From Candidatus Fermentibacterota bacterium (lineage in GTDB: Bacteria > Fermentibacterota > Fermentibacteria > Fermentibacterales > JCC-6), in assembly GCA_963845085.1 (NCBI GenBank), contig CAWJQI010000005.1, positions 352,001 through 416,000 on the forward strand: a stretch of DNA of 64,000 nt, written 5' to 3'. Position numbers and translations under genes: made by a program. Below are positions 18,178 through 28,055 of the stretch, piece after piece; the first letter of the stretch is position 1; every line of letters starts with the position of its first letter. The notes beneath the pieces are model-generated. The model was given only the letters and a program-made list of their open reading frames with translations, was not told the DNA's origin and did no database searches.

Positions 18178-19475
18178 ATCTCAGGAATTACTGGAAGAGC
18201 ATGTTGATCATGCTTCTGGTCTTCGCAGGAGCATACCATATGCCCTTGTCTTCAGAGCGTTTCTGGAGTGGTGTAACCGAGTCGCTTCACCTTCTTCACG
18301 AGTACGCCAGGGAGCATGTGATACTCTGCCTCCTGCCGGCCCTCTTCATAGCGGGCGGACTCGCGGTCTTCCTGAAAAAGGAAGCTGTGATGAAGTACCT
18401 GGGGCCAAAGGCGAAAAAATCGGTTGCCTATGGAGTGGCTTCCATTTCCGGAACCGTGCTTGCGGTCTGCTCCTGCACCGTTCTGCCACTCTTCGCCGGC
18501 ATTTACCGCATGGGTGCCGGTCTTGGCCCGGCTTCGGCGTTCCTCTACGCAGGACCAGCGATAAACATTCTTGCAATAATCCTTTCTGCCAGGGTCCTCG
18601 GTATCGAACTCGGCGTTGCCAGGGCAGTGGGGGCTGTTGTGTTCAGTGTGGTGATCGGCCTCCTCATGCACCTTATTTTCCGGAAGGAGGAGACTGAACG
18701 CAGCGCTGGCTTCGCCTTTGATGACACGGAAGACACGCAGCCTTTTATTCAAAGGGTTCTTGTCTTCGCCTCGCTTGTGGGGCTTCTTGTTTTCGCGAAC
18801 TGGAGCGCTCCGGATAATGCGGCCGGCCTCTGGCATGCGGTATGGGCGTGGAAATGGGTCATCACCTCGGTGTTCGCAGCGGTTACCGCGTTTGCGGCGG
18901 TGCTGTGGCTGGGGGTAAGGGCCTGGAAGATGCTTGTTGTTGCAGTGATCTCAGGAACGGCTGTCCTGTTTCACTCGGGAGCACAGACATCCTTCGGCCT
19001 CGGTATCATCACATTTGCCTGGGCACTCGCCACAAGCAGGGGTGAGGGAAGAAAGTGGGCGGACGAAACCTGGGGTTTTGCGAAGCTCATCCTTCCGCTT
19101 CTCTTTGCAGGGGTGATCGTGGCGGGAGCCCTTCTGGGCAGACCGGGCCACGAGGGATGGATACCTTCGGAATGGGTCGAGACGGCAGTAGGAGGCAACT
19201 CGTTTCGTGCCAACCTTCTGGCCTCGGTTGCAGGCGCTTTCATGTACTTCGCCACACTCACCGAGATCCCCATAGTCCAGGGGCTCATCGGCTCGGGCAT
19301 GGGCAGGGGACCGGCACTGGCCCTGCTGCTCGCCGGTCCGGCACTTTCCCTTCCCAACATGCTGGTGATCCGAACCATTCTTGGAACCAGAAAAACGGTA
19401 ACCTTCGTCTCCCTTGTCATCATCATGGCCGCGATCAGCGGAGTGTTTTTCGGCATGTTCTTCCCGGAGGTGTGA
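18174..19475 (+). CDS. ArsP/DUF318 family permease
   Basis: Motifs YAREHVILCLLPA, LAVCSCTVLPLF, FLYAGPAIN, YFATLTEIP and LLAGPALSLP. ATG overlaps the arsR stop. Confidence 0.9.
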   Translation: MNLRNYWKSMLIMLLVFAGAYHMPLSSERFWSGVTESLHLLHEYAREHVILCLLPALFIAGGLAVFLKKEAVMKYLGPKAKKSVAYGVASISGTVLAVCSCTVLPLFAGIYRMGAGLGPASAFLYAGPAINILAIILSARVLGIELGVARAVGAVVFSVVIGLLMHLIFRKEETERSAGFAFDDTEDTQPFIQRVLVFASLVGLLVFANWSAPDNAAGLWHAVWAWKWVITSVFAAVTAFAAVLWLGVRAWKMLVVAVISGTAVLFHSGAQTSFGLGIITFAWALATSRGEGRKWADETWGFAKLILPLLFAGVIVAGALLGRPGHEGWIPSEWVETAVGGNSFRANLLASVAGAFMYFATLTEIPIVQGLIGSGMGRGPALALLLAGPALSLPNMLVIRTILGTRKTVTFVSLVIIMAAISGVFFGMFFPEV

Positions 19476-19478
19476 GCG

Positions 19479-19712
19479 ATGAGGATCCAGGTTTTGGGCA
19501 CGGGCTGCCCCAAGTGCAAAAAACTCGAGGAGATGGCAAGGAAGGCGGCTGACTCGCTGAACCTTGATTACACCCTGGAGAAGGTTTCCTCGATCAACGA
19601 CATAGTGGCCATGGGCGTGATGTCCACCCCGGCTTTGGCCATCGACGGCAGGGTTGTTCTCGCAGGGCGACTGCCCGGCGAGGCGGAACTCAGGGAGATG
19701 CTTTCCAGATGA
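19479..19712 (+). CDS. Small redox-active disulfide protein (MTH895/Thioredoxin_3 type)
   Basis: MRIQVLGTGCPKCKKL...GVMSTPALAIDG. Confidence 0.93.
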   Translation: MRIQVLGTGCPKCKKLEEMARKAADSLNLDYTLEKVSSINDIVAMGVMSTPALAIDGRVVLAGRLPGEAELREMLSR

Positions 19713-20095
19713 AACGAATCTTCTTGATCTTGCTTGCCGTTGGCGCAGGGCTTTCGGCCTGCGCCCCCCAGGAGGAACAGCAGGAAACCGTCGCCGAGAC
19801 CACCGGCCTTCCCCGGCTTGTCGACCTGGGCTCGGAGTCATGCACCCCCTGCAGGATGATGCAGCCTGAGCTTGCCGAGCTCAGGACCGGGATGGAAGGC
19901 TCACTGGATGTGGTATTCATTGATGTAAACCAGGATCGGAACGCTGCTTCAAGGTATCAGATCCGGGTGATCCCGACCCAGATATTCTTCTCACCCGATG
20001 GGGTCGAGCTGGCCAGGCACGAGGGCTACATCGATGCCGAAGGCATGCTCGGGATATTCAGGGAGCATGGCTACTTCAACGAAGATGGCATCTAG
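19709..20095 (+). CDS. Thioredoxin-family lipoprotein
   Basis: Lipobox LSAC; LVDLGSESCTPCRMM; IRVIPTQIFF..DG.EL.RHEG. Confidence 0.9.
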   Translation: MKRIFLILLAVGAGLSACAPQEEQQETVAETTGLPRLVDLGSESCTPCRMMQPELAELRTGMEGSLDVVFIDVNQDRNAASRYQIRVIPTQIFFSPDGVELARHEGYIDAEGMLGIFREHGYFNEDGI

Positions 20096-20097
20096 GG

Positions 20098-20790
20098 ATG
20101 GGGTCTTTTCTCACCTCGCTTAACGACGCTCTTTCCTCTTCGCCCATCCTCGCCGTGGCGGCCGCGTTCGTCTGGGGAGTGCTCAGCATGGTCCTCAGCC
20201 CCTGCCACCTCGTGAGCATTCCCCTGGTGTTCGGATGCATCATGAAAAGCCGGGGGATCGACACGGGGAAAGCGGTGCCGATGAAGGTCGCCGCTCTGTT
20301 CGCCCTCGGAATGACCATCTCAATCGGGGTGATCGGTGTGGTGACGAACCTGCTGGGCAGGCTCGCCGGTGATGTGGGTCCGCTGGGTGAGGGGCTGCTT
20401 GCCGTGATCCTCATCGTTGTGGGTCTTTCGATCGCAGGGCTTTTCCAGCTGCCTGTTCCCGGATTGAACAAAGGCGGGATGGGCGGTGGCTCTCCCGCTC
20501 TGCTTCTCGGGATCGTTTTTGGCGCCGCACTGGGGCCCTGCACCTTCGCCTTCATGGCCCCCGTGCTGGCCGTGATGTTCAGCCTTGATTCAACAGCAAA
20601 GGCACTGGTCCTTGGGCTGTCATTTGCCGTCGGGCACGCCGGGGTCGTTCTTCTCATGGGCGTTTTCGCGGGGCGGATCCAGCGGGTGGTGGACTGGTCG
20701 GGCCAGAGCGCGACGGCGCGATGGCTTCGCATCATCTCCGGTGTCCTGGTTTCCCTGGGAGGGATCTACCTGCTGGTCAGGCTTCTCTGA
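20098..20790 (+). CDS. CcdA/DsbD transmembrane electron-transfer protein
   Basis: Multi-TM protein with the two conserved PC motifs (LSPCHL and LGPCTF). Confidence 0.88.
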   Translation: MGSFLTSLNDALSSSPILAVAAAFVWGVLSMVLSPCHLVSIPLVFGCIMKSRGIDTGKAVPMKVAALFALGMTISIGVIGVVTNLLGRLAGDVGPLGEGLLAVILIVVGLSIAGLFQLPVPGLNKGGMGGGSPALLLGIVFGAALGPCTFAFMAPVLAVMFSLDSTAKALVLGLSFAVGHAGVVLLMGVFAGRIQRVVDWSGQSATARWLRIISGVLVSLGGIYLLVRLL

Positions 20791-22060
20791 CCCGCCCCGG
20801 ATCACGGCCGAACACAGCGAAACACACCGTTCCCAGAAGCCCGAACGCTGATGCGGTTATCAGCGCGGTCGCGGGTGAGGCGACCGATCGGAAGAACGGC
20901 AGAAGCGAACCTCCCGCGCCGAGAAACCCGACAACACGCTCCGCCGTCGAGGCATCCCAGAGGAATGCGCCTCCGAATGCGGCGATGGAGACGATGACGT
21001 CGCGCACGAGATAGTAGATCCCGAAAGTTGCCGCCTTCCTGCCCTCCGGGGCAAGGTCCATTATGAGCGCCTTGCGGGTCGGCTCGCCGAACTCCTTCAA
21101 ACCCCTCACGACGAACGCCAGGACCATCACCCAGAAAGACCGGGCGGCAAGCAGGACAAGCGGAAACACCGTGAAGAAGACGAAAGTGGCGACGACAAAC
21201 GGCTTTTTCGTGCTCCTGTCCGCCAGAAAGGCCACCGGCACGTAGACGAGCATCGCCGTGACCATCTCGACAGTGGTCAGAAGCCCGAACTGAAGCGGGG
21301 TTATCCTGTTGATGCTGACGCACCAGACGACGACGAAGGCATAGGGGATCTGCTCGCAGAACCTTACCAGGATGTCGGAGACGAGAAGGTTGCGGAGAGG
21401 GGCGTCAAGCAGGTCGGTTCCGTACGACCGGAGGGGGTGCCTGCGGACGTTTTCGCTCCTGTCCTCAGTGATCATCCGCTGCTGGATGAAAAGCGAAACA
21501 CCACCCAGGATGAAGGCGGCAACGAAGGCGGCACGGATGCCGTCCACTTCACCGAAGGCGCCGATCATCGTGCCGCCGATCACCGGCCCGAGCGCCATCG
21601 GAATGCGTCTGACGAGGGAGTGCATCGATACGCCCATCGTGCGCTTGTTTTTGGGCAGCACCGTTGAGACCATGTCCATGGTGGCCGGAAGGGAAATAGC
21701 CGTCCATGAAACGAAAAGGATCGAACCGAGGATCACGGCCTGCCAGCTTGTGACCACGATGACGACCAGATAGCCAAGCATCGCCACAAGGTTGAAAAGC
21801 ATCAGGGCCCGCTTGTGACCGAGCTTGTCGCTCGCGTACCCCCCCGGCAGTGAGTAAAGCGCACTCAGCAGGTTGTCCAGCCCGTTGAGCAGGCCAATGG
21901 AGAAGGCACCGCCGCCAAGGGCGATGAGGTAGAGGGGCAGGAACCGCTCCGCCATCTTCTCGCCGAGCCCGACAAGGATCACCATTGACATGAGCGCAAC
22001 GATGTTCCTCTTCAGCCCGAGGAATTCTGCCAGACGGCGGCCCCTTGTCGCGGTGTCCAT
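20777..22060 (-). CDS. MFS transporter
   Basis: About 12 TM segments with MFS motif A variants GYASDKLGHKR and LADRSTKK. Confidence 0.9.
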   Translation of the reverse strand: MDTATRGRRLAEFLGLKRNIVALMSMVILVGLGEKMAERFLPLYLIALGGGAFSIGLLNGLDNLLSALYSLPGGYASDKLGHKRALMLFNLVAMLGYLVVIVVTSWQAVILGSILFVSWTAISLPATMDMVSTVLPKNKRTMGVSMHSLVRRIPMALGPVIGGTMIGAFGEVDGIRAAFVAAFILGGVSLFIQQRMITEDRSENVRRHPLRSYGTDLLDAPLRNLLVSDILVRFCEQIPYAFVVVWCVSINRITPLQFGLLTTVEMVTAMLVYVPVAFLADRSTKKPFVVATFVFFTVFPLVLLAARSFWVMVLAFVVRGLKEFGEPTRKALIMDLAPEGRKAATFGIYYLVRDVIVSIAAFGGAFLWDASTAERVVGFLGAGGSLLPFFRSVASPATALITASAFGLLGTVCFAVFGRDPGRVREA

Positions 22061-22081
22061 TTCAGTCGGGTGGGCTCACTC

Positions 22082-23461
22082 TCAGATTCCCAGAACCAGT
22101 TTGACCGTCATGAAATAAATGACGACTCCGGTGATGTCCACAAAGGAGGCGAGGACCGGGCTCGCAACGACAGCCGGGTCGAGGCTGAGCCTTGATGCCC
22201 CCAGGGGAAGCATGGCGCCGGCCAGTGTGGAGGTCACGACCTGCAGCGCGAGTGCCAGGGCAATGGCGAAGCCGATCTGGTGAAGCGTAAACCCTGCCGG
22301 TATCGAAGCCCCTCCCCCGATCAGCATAACCCTGGCGTAGGCGAGGAGCCCGAGCAGAACCCCGAGCATCATCGCGACCCTGAGTTCCTTCCACAGTATC
22401 CCGCCGACGTCCCTGTAGCTGAGCTCCTTCAGCGACAGGGCACGGATAACAAGGGTGGCCGCCTGGCTCCCTGTATTTCCGCCGGCCCCCGCAAGCATGG
22501 GGATGAATGCCGCGAGAATGGCGAACTGAAGAAGAAGGCCCTGAAAACTCTGGATGACAAAACCCGACACGAGGCCGAGCATGGCCAGCCCCGTCACCCA
22601 GAAGACGCGGTTCCTGAAGTGGGCCATCGGGCTTGTCCGCAGGTAGGCCGATGAGTCGTGGCTGCCGGCGATGGCCATGAATTTCTCCATGTCCTCGGTG
22701 TGCTCCTGCGTGATGATGTCCAGCGCGTCGTCATGCGTGATTATCCCGACAAGCGCATCCGAGGCATCGACAACCGGAAGTGCGATAAGGTCGTACTTCT
22801 GAATCTTCCGGGCAGCCTCCTCCTGGTCGTCGCAGGCCCGGGCGGAGATAACCTCGGTTTCCATCATGTCTCCGACAAGCTTCTCCCGGCGGGCCACAAT
22901 GAGGTCCTTCAGCGATACATGACCGAGCAGTCTGCGCTCTTCGTCGACCACGAACGCCGTGTAGATGGTCTCGCGATCGGGGGCGATCTCCCTGAGCCGT
23001 TCGATGGCCTGATGGGCTGTAAGGCCGGGCTGAAGAGCGGCGTAGTCGGACGTCATGACCGCGCCGGCCGTGCCTTCCTCGTACGCAGTGAGGCGCCGTA
23101 TGTCCTCCCGCTCAGCCTGGGCCATCGCGGGAAGAATCCCCTCGCGCCGGTCGTCGGGCAGGCTCTTGAAAAGGTCGGCCCTGTCATCGGGCGGCATGTC
23201 CGTCATAAGACGGGCCACCTCCCTGCGCTTGAGGATGGTAATGAGGTCGACCTGGAAATCCAGGCTCATGTGAGTGAAAACATCCGCCCGAAGCTCGTCG
23301 TCGAGGTGGCGGAGGATGTCGCGGACCTGTTCCGGGGCGAAGCCCTCGAGAACCTCCGCCGCGGTTGCAGGATGGCTCCCCGCGCAGAGCGAGGCTATGG
23401 CCGGATAATCCGCCCTTGCAAGCAGGTCGCGGAGCATGTCGGCATCGAAGGGGTTCATCAT
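22082..23461 (-). CDS. mgtE: Magnesium transporter MgtE
   Basis: MgtE N-domain, a CBS pair (TAGAVMT, YDLIALPVVD..LVGIITHDD), and TM motifs GGNTGSQ and DPAVVASP. Confidence 0.95.
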   Translation of the reverse strand: MMNPFDADMLRDLLARADYPAIASLCAGSHPATAAEVLEGFAPEQVRDILRHLDDELRADVFTHMSLDFQVDLITILKRREVARLMTDMPPDDRADLFKSLPDDRREGILPAMAQAEREDIRRLTAYEEGTAGAVMTSDYAALQPGLTAHQAIERLREIAPDRETIYTAFVVDEERRLLGHVSLKDLIVARREKLVGDMMETEVISARACDDQEEAARKIQKYDLIALPVVDASDALVGIITHDDALDIITQEHTEDMEKFMAIAGSHDSSAYLRTSPMAHFRNRVFWVTGLAMLGLVSGFVIQSFQGLLLQFAILAAFIPMLAGAGGNTGSQAATLVIRALSLKELSYRDVGGILWKELRVAMMLGVLLGLLAYARVMLIGGGASIPAGFTLHQIGFAIALALALQVVTSTLAGAMLPLGASRLSLDPAVVASPVLASFVDITGVVIYFMTVKLVLGI

Positions 23462-23611
23462 GGCTCACCTCCGCCCGCCCGGGCTTTCGGCCTCGGGCAC
23501 GGGGCGAGCCTACCGGTTCGTCACGGCTGTATGGCGGAAAGCCCTGAGGCTTTGTAACTCATCCTGTTCTGAAATGAACTCACAAATCTCCCCGGGGGGG
23601 GTTGGTCTGCT

Positions 23612-24055
23612 TCATTCATGATTCCGCTTCCGGATCCCTCTCTTTCCATCCCCGATTATTGCTGCCCCGGATGGGTCAGTGCAAGAGGCCGGCAGCCTTT
23701 TAAGTGACAGCAGGTGAATGGTGACCGCGATGCCCACCAGCAGAAGTGCGAGCTGCACCGGACGCGTTGCGGGCGTAACAAGGGCGCTTGCGGCAAGGGT
23801 TGCCCAGAGCAGGATGAGTGTTGCCGTCAGCTGTCCCCTTCCAACTGCCCTGTGCTCCCGGTAGTTCCTGATGTACGGTCCAAGCTGTCTGTGATTCATA
23901 AGCGAGCGGTACAGCCTGTCCGAACTTTTTACGAAGCACGCCGCCGCAAGGAGCAGGAACGGGGTTGTCGGCAGCAGGGGGAGAAATACGCCAAGCACGC
24001 CGAGCCCGAGGGCAAGCATGCCCGCGATGGCAAGAAGAGCCCTGTGAATGGCCGT
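23612..24055 (-). CDS. YbaN (DUF454) family membrane protein
   Basis: Motifs LGVFLPLLPTTPFLLLAAACF..SS.RL and LGPYIRNY. First ATG is at 24019, but the frame extends with homolog-like residues to ACG 24055. Confidence 0.88.
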   Translation of the reverse strand, partial: TAIHRALLAIAGMLALGLGVLGVFLPLLPTTPFLLLAAACFVKSSDRLYRSLMNHRQLGPYIRNYREHRAVGRGQLTATLILLWATLAASALVTPATRPVQLALLLVGIAVTIHLLSLKRLPASCTDPSGAAIIGDGKRGIRKRNHE

Positions 24056-24588
24056 TACTCCCCGCCCCTGGTGGCGGCGTAACCGAGGGCTGCGGGAAGA
24101 CCGGTCGCGGAGGGAGTGCCGGCCCAGGTCGCCAGGTATGCGGCGCCAAGCCTTTCTATGTGCTTCTTCTCGTTGTCGAAGTAATTCAGGTGGATCTGCT
24201 CCTCCGCAACAACGGTTTCGAGGATTTTTGCCGTTATGCTGTCGGACGCTTCACGGCATCGGGCAAGAAACCCGTTGTACGCCGCAATGGTGTCCTGCTC
24301 GAGCGTTGAATCGAACCCGAAGATGACCTCGACGCCCTGGCCGTGCTGAACCTTCGCAGCCCTGTCCGTCAGGGGTTCGCCGCCAAGCTCCTTGATCCTC
24401 TCGGCGAACATCTCGGCGTGCCTCATCTCATCGATCGCGATGAGCTTCACCTTCCCGGCGGGAAGGCCGTAGTCCATGTCGTCGAGGTTGTAATGCTGGT
24501 TCATGTACTGCGATATCGCATGGAGCTCCATTGCCCTTGCCCTGTTGAGAAGGTCAATGATCCCGGTCCGTTCGTCAGCGGTCACCAC
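24055..24588 (-). CDS. bfr: Bacterioferritin
   Basis: Ferroxidase motifs ELHAISQY..QH, IDEMRHAE.FAERI.ELGG and EEQIH. Start GTG 24588 follows the SD AAGGGAG. Confidence 0.85.
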   Translation of the reverse strand: MVTADERTGIIDLLNRARAMELHAISQYMNQHYNLDDMDYGLPAGKVKLIAIDEMRHAEMFAERIKELGGEPLTDRAAKVQHGQGVEVIFGFDSTLEQDTIAAYNGFLARCREASDSITAKILETVVAEEQIHLNYFDNEKKHIERLGAAYLATWAGTPSATGLPAALGYAATRGGE

Positions 24589-24681
24589 GGTCTCCCTTCG
24601 ATGTCGACCCGGGGCGGACAAAGGCCCCGGAAAGCCTGTCATTCCCTTTTATCATAACAATGCATGGGTCCGGATGCATTC

Positions 24682-26103
24682 TCAGTCCTCAACGACATTG
24701 TCCTGGAACTCTTTTCTGGCTTCCGCCCACTTCACGGCGTCCCATCCGTTCTCAGGGTCGATACAGCCTGCTGCCTTCCGGCCCATCTCCATGGCATGGT
24801 GTGCGTTGTCATGGACGAACAGACCCTGCCTGCCGAGGCACGCAATCCCGGGAATGCCGAGAAGCCACCTGTCCAGTACCGAATAGTGCTCTCTCCAGCC
24901 CATCGGGTACGACGGATATGCCTCGGGAAGACGGCGTGTGAAGACGGCGGAAAAGGCGGGCAGCAGGATGCCGGCTTCCGCAAGGTTTTTCCTGAGCAGT
25001 CCGCCTATCGCCTCATCCCCCATCGTCCAGAGAGGATCGGTCCGCCAGCACGGCAATTCGAAACAGAGGCCTGTTGAATCGGGAGGATGAACGCTGCCTT
25101 CATAGTTCTTCCTCTCCGACATGCGCGACGGCACAATTCCGGCACCGGGAAAGTAATGGGCGTCGAAGGGTGAGAACCGCCCGGTCCGAAGGGTGACGAA
25201 GCAGAGGACCATGGAGCGGAATGAGAGAGATCTTCTGGCCGCTTCGACATCGTCCGGGATGAGCGGTGCAAGAATGGCTGCGAATTCGGTCACCGGGATG
25301 GTGGAGAGGATGAAGTCCGCGGGCAGGGAATGTTCACCGGTTTCGGAGGAATACCGTACCGATCCGCCCCTGCCGGGAGCGGGAGCACTCACCCCTGTCA
25401 CCGTTGCGCCGAATTCGATCCTCCCGCCCATTTTTTCGACTGCGGCTGCAGCCGAACTGAAAATGGTGCCGAAACCGCCCGCGGGATAATGGAAGGTGCG
25501 ACGGTCGACCCTCTGTCGCGGTGGCGCAAACAGCCTGCGCATCATCTTCCCTATCGTGCCGGCTGACACCCTTCTTCTGGCCTGCTCGCCCGAAAGCCGG
25601 GAAGGTGAAAGCCCCCAGAGCTTTTCGGCGTACGGAAAGTAGAACCGCCTGCAGATTGTGCCGCCCAGGCCGTGCAGCATGATGTCCGCGAAGGATGCGT
25701 CGGCCGGAGCCTTCTTCCGGAAGGGTACGGCGGCTGCATCGGCCATTGCACCGAACGCAAAGGAGGGCGGCATGTGGAGCAGCATGTCGGCTGCGGACAG
25801 AGGAAAACGAAGATGCCTGCCCTCGAGAAGGATCCGGCCATTTCTGGGCCTTGAAAGGAACCTGTCGCCCAGAAGTTCCCTGACCTCGCCGAGCAGTTCA
25901 GGGGAGGCGGCGGGATGGAACCTGTGGCTGCCCAGGTCCCAGGTCAGCCCCTCCAAGGAAAAACTTCCTGCCATGCCGCCCGGCGTGGCCTCCCGCTCGA
26001 TTACCGTGACCCCGATGCCGGGGTGGCGCCGCAGAAGGCAGAGCGCCGCCCACATGCCGGCAGGGCCTCCACCGAGTATCGCAACGCGCCTTATCGCGGG
26101 CAC
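24682..26103 (-). CDS. FAD-dependent oxidoreductase (protoporphyrinogen oxidase/amine oxidase-like, polysaccharide-cluster type)
   Basis: Motifs VAILGGGPAG, PGGMAGS, DLGSHRF, AYP.Y and GRQGLF.HDNAHHA. Confidence 0.85.
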   Translation of the reverse strand: MPAIRRVAILGGGPAGMWAALCLLRRHPGIGVTVIEREATPGGMAGSFSLEGLTWDLGSHRFHPAASPELLGEVRELLGDRFLSRPRNGRILLEGRHLRFPLSAADMLLHMPPSFAFGAMADAAAVPFRKKAPADASFADIMLHGLGGTICRRFYFPYAEKLWGLSPSRLSGEQARRRVSAGTIGKMMRRLFAPPRQRVDRRTFHYPAGGFGTIFSSAAAAVEKMGGRIEFGATVTGVSAPAPGRGGSVRYSSETGEHSLPADFILSTIPVTEFAAILAPLIPDDVEAARRSLSFRSMVLCFVTLRTGRFSPFDAHYFPGAGIVPSRMSERKNYEGSVHPPDSTGLCFELPCWRTDPLWTMGDEAIGGLLRKNLAEAGILLPAFSAVFTRRLPEAYPSYPMGWREHYSVLDRWLLGIPGIACLGRQGLFVHDNAHHAMEMGRKAAGCIDPENGWDAVKWAEARKEFQDNVVED

Positions 26104-28050
26104 CTAAAGCCTGCTCCTGCCGGGGAGAATGTTCCTCACGTAGTCATCCGACGCGATGTACATGCCGTACCAGAGTGAGTAATTGAGAATGCCCCAGAGA
26201 GCCCTTCCGTTGTCCCGTTTTCCCGACTGATGGTCGTTCCAGAGGTCAAGCACCCCGGCGTTGTCAAGGAGGCCCGACGTGATCGCAGGGGACTGGAAAA
26301 TGGAATCGTGGGCGTACTCCATGAGCTGTGTTCTGAACCACTTCGAGTAGGGCATCTCAAGCCCCACCTTTTTCTTGTTGATGATCTTCCCGGGAAGAAT
26401 GCCTTTCATCGCCTTCCGCAGCAGGTTCTTCTTCCTGAACCCCGGAAGTTTCAACCCGTCGGGGACGGATGCAAGAAAGCGGAACAGGGCGATGTCGGTG
26501 AATGGCACGCGGGCCTCGATGGAATGGGCCATCGTCATCCTGTCGTTCTTTATCATGAGATCGTTCGCAAGATGGGTGGTGGCATCGATCCGGAGGAGCT
26601 TCGAAAGGCTGGAGTCGCCGGAGGCCGCGCTGTAGATCTCAGTAAAAAAAGACTCCGACGCGGGAAACGCCCCATTTGCACCGGGAAACACCCTTCGCCT
26701 GTCCTCCCCCGTCAGGACGGCCCTCCATGCAAAGTGGGATTCGGGGACGCCGAGTTCTGATCCGGCTGCGAACCGCTTCGCCCTGAACTCAAGGCTGAGC
26801 TTGCTGGTGGACACCGGAAGCGCATTCACAAGAGGCGCTATCACGCCCCTTCTTGCGAATCCGGGGACCAGCCTGCGGTAGAGCATCCTTGCCTTCATGG
26901 CTGCGTGGGTGTCGTAACCCGCGAACAACTCGTCACCCCCTTCGCCGGACAGGAGCACGGTGACAAGAGGGGCTGCCTCGGAGGAAAGAAGCCATGTTGG
27001 AACGGCCGAGCCGTCACCGTAAGGCTCGTCTATGTGTGCCAGGCAGTTCGGCAGAACGGCGGAAACCTTTTCGGGGGTGACTGTTATTTCGTGGTGCGTG
27101 GTCCCCATTCTCGCAGCGACAAGCCTGGCGTAGGATGATTCGTCGAAGCTGGGTTCATCGAAGGCAAGCGAAAACGTATGAAAGTCCGCCCCCCCCCTTG
27201 CCTCGACCATCAGGGCCGTGAGCGCACTCGAGTCCATCCCCCCCGACAGCATCACCCCCACGGGGACGTCACTCACAAGCTGCCTTGCCACGGCCTCCCT
27301 CAAAAGGCTGAGCGACTCCTCGACCGCGGTCCGTTCATCAAGCGAATCATCGGGAGGGCAATCAGGCTCGAAAATTCTCCATCGGGCGGTGACGCCGCAG
27401 CCGGGTCTCAACTCCATCGCGGTTCCGGGCACAAGTTCGCTTATGCCCTTGAATGGGGTCAGGCATCCCGGAACGTAGTTGAAGGCCAGGTAGTGAAAGA
27501 GCGCCTCTTCGTCAGCCCTTCTGACAAGCGAGGGCGCCTGCAGCAGGCTTTTTATCTCGGATGCAAACCAGAAGCCGCCTCCGTGCTCCATGTAAAAAAG
27601 GGGCTTGATCCCGAAGGGGTCACGGGCGAGCAACAGCCTGTCCCGCCGGGAGTCCCAGATGGCCAGGGAGAACATCCCGTTGAGATGCCTCAGGAAGTCG
27701 GCACCCAGTTTCTCGTAGAGATGCAGCAAAACCTCGGTGTCGGTCCGGGAACGAAAACGGAAATCCCGCTCGAGCCCGAAATCACGTTTGAGTTCCCTGA
27801 AGTTGTACACCTCGCCGTTGTAGGCGATCCACACCCTGCCGTCCTCGCTGGACATGGGCTGCCGGCCCGCGGCGGAAAGGTCGATAACGCTCAGCCTGCG
27901 ATGTGCGAGGCCGCACGGACCAACCCATTCGATACCCTCGTCGTCCGGTCCCCGGTGGGAGAGAACCCGGGACATGGCCGACAGCGCATCGGAAGTTTCG
28001 CGGTTCCTGTCGCCGGGACTTCCAAGGAGAACTCCCGCAAAGCCGCACAC
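26104..28050 (-). CDS. asnB: Asparagine synthase (glutamine-hydrolysing)-like amidotransferase
   Basis: Motifs MCGFAG, HRGPD, HRRLSVID, NGEVYNF, RDPFGIKPLFY, LSGGMDSS, SGEGGDELFAGY and EARVPF. Confidence 0.95.
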   Translation of the reverse strand: MCGFAGVLLGSPGDRNRETSDALSAMSRVLSHRGPDDEGIEWVGPCGLAHRRLSVIDLSAAGRQPMSSEDGRVWIAYNGEVYNFRELKRDFGLERDFRFRSRTDTEVLLHLYEKLGADFLRHLNGMFSLAIWDSRRDRLLLARDPFGIKPLFYMEHGGGFWFASEIKSLLQAPSLVRRADEEALFHYLAFNYVPGCLTPFKGISELVPGTAMELRPGCGVTARWRIFEPDCPPDDSLDERTAVEESLSLLREAVARQLVSDVPVGVMLSGGMDSSALTALMVEARGGADFHTFSLAFDEPSFDESSYARLVAARMGTTHHEITVTPEKVSAVLPNCLAHIDEPYGDGSAVPTWLLSSEAAPLVTVLLSGEGGDELFAGYDTHAAMKARMLYRRLVPGFARRGVIAPLVNALPVSTSKLSLEFRAKRFAAGSELGVPESHFAWRAVLTGEDRRRVFPGANGAFPASESFFTEIYSAASGDSSLSKLLRIDATTHLANDLMIKNDRMTMAHSIEARVPFTDIALFRFLASVPDGLKLPGFRKKNLLRKAMKGILPGKIINKKKVGLEMPYSKWFRTQLMEYAHDSIFQSPAITSGLLDNAGVLDLWNDHQSGKRDNGRALWGILNYSLWYGMYIASDDYVRNILPGRSRL

Positions 28051-28055
28051 CCGCG

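Noticed and set aside
19479..20095. Thioredoxin-like genes as selenoproteins
   Set aside because: The active sites are plain CxxC (CPKC and CTPC; also CGPC in trxA and CSGC in the NifU-like protein) with no in-frame UGA.
23592..23601. G8 tract upstream of mgtE as a phase-variation site
   Set aside because: It is intergenic, short, and not placed between identifiable -35 and -10 elements.
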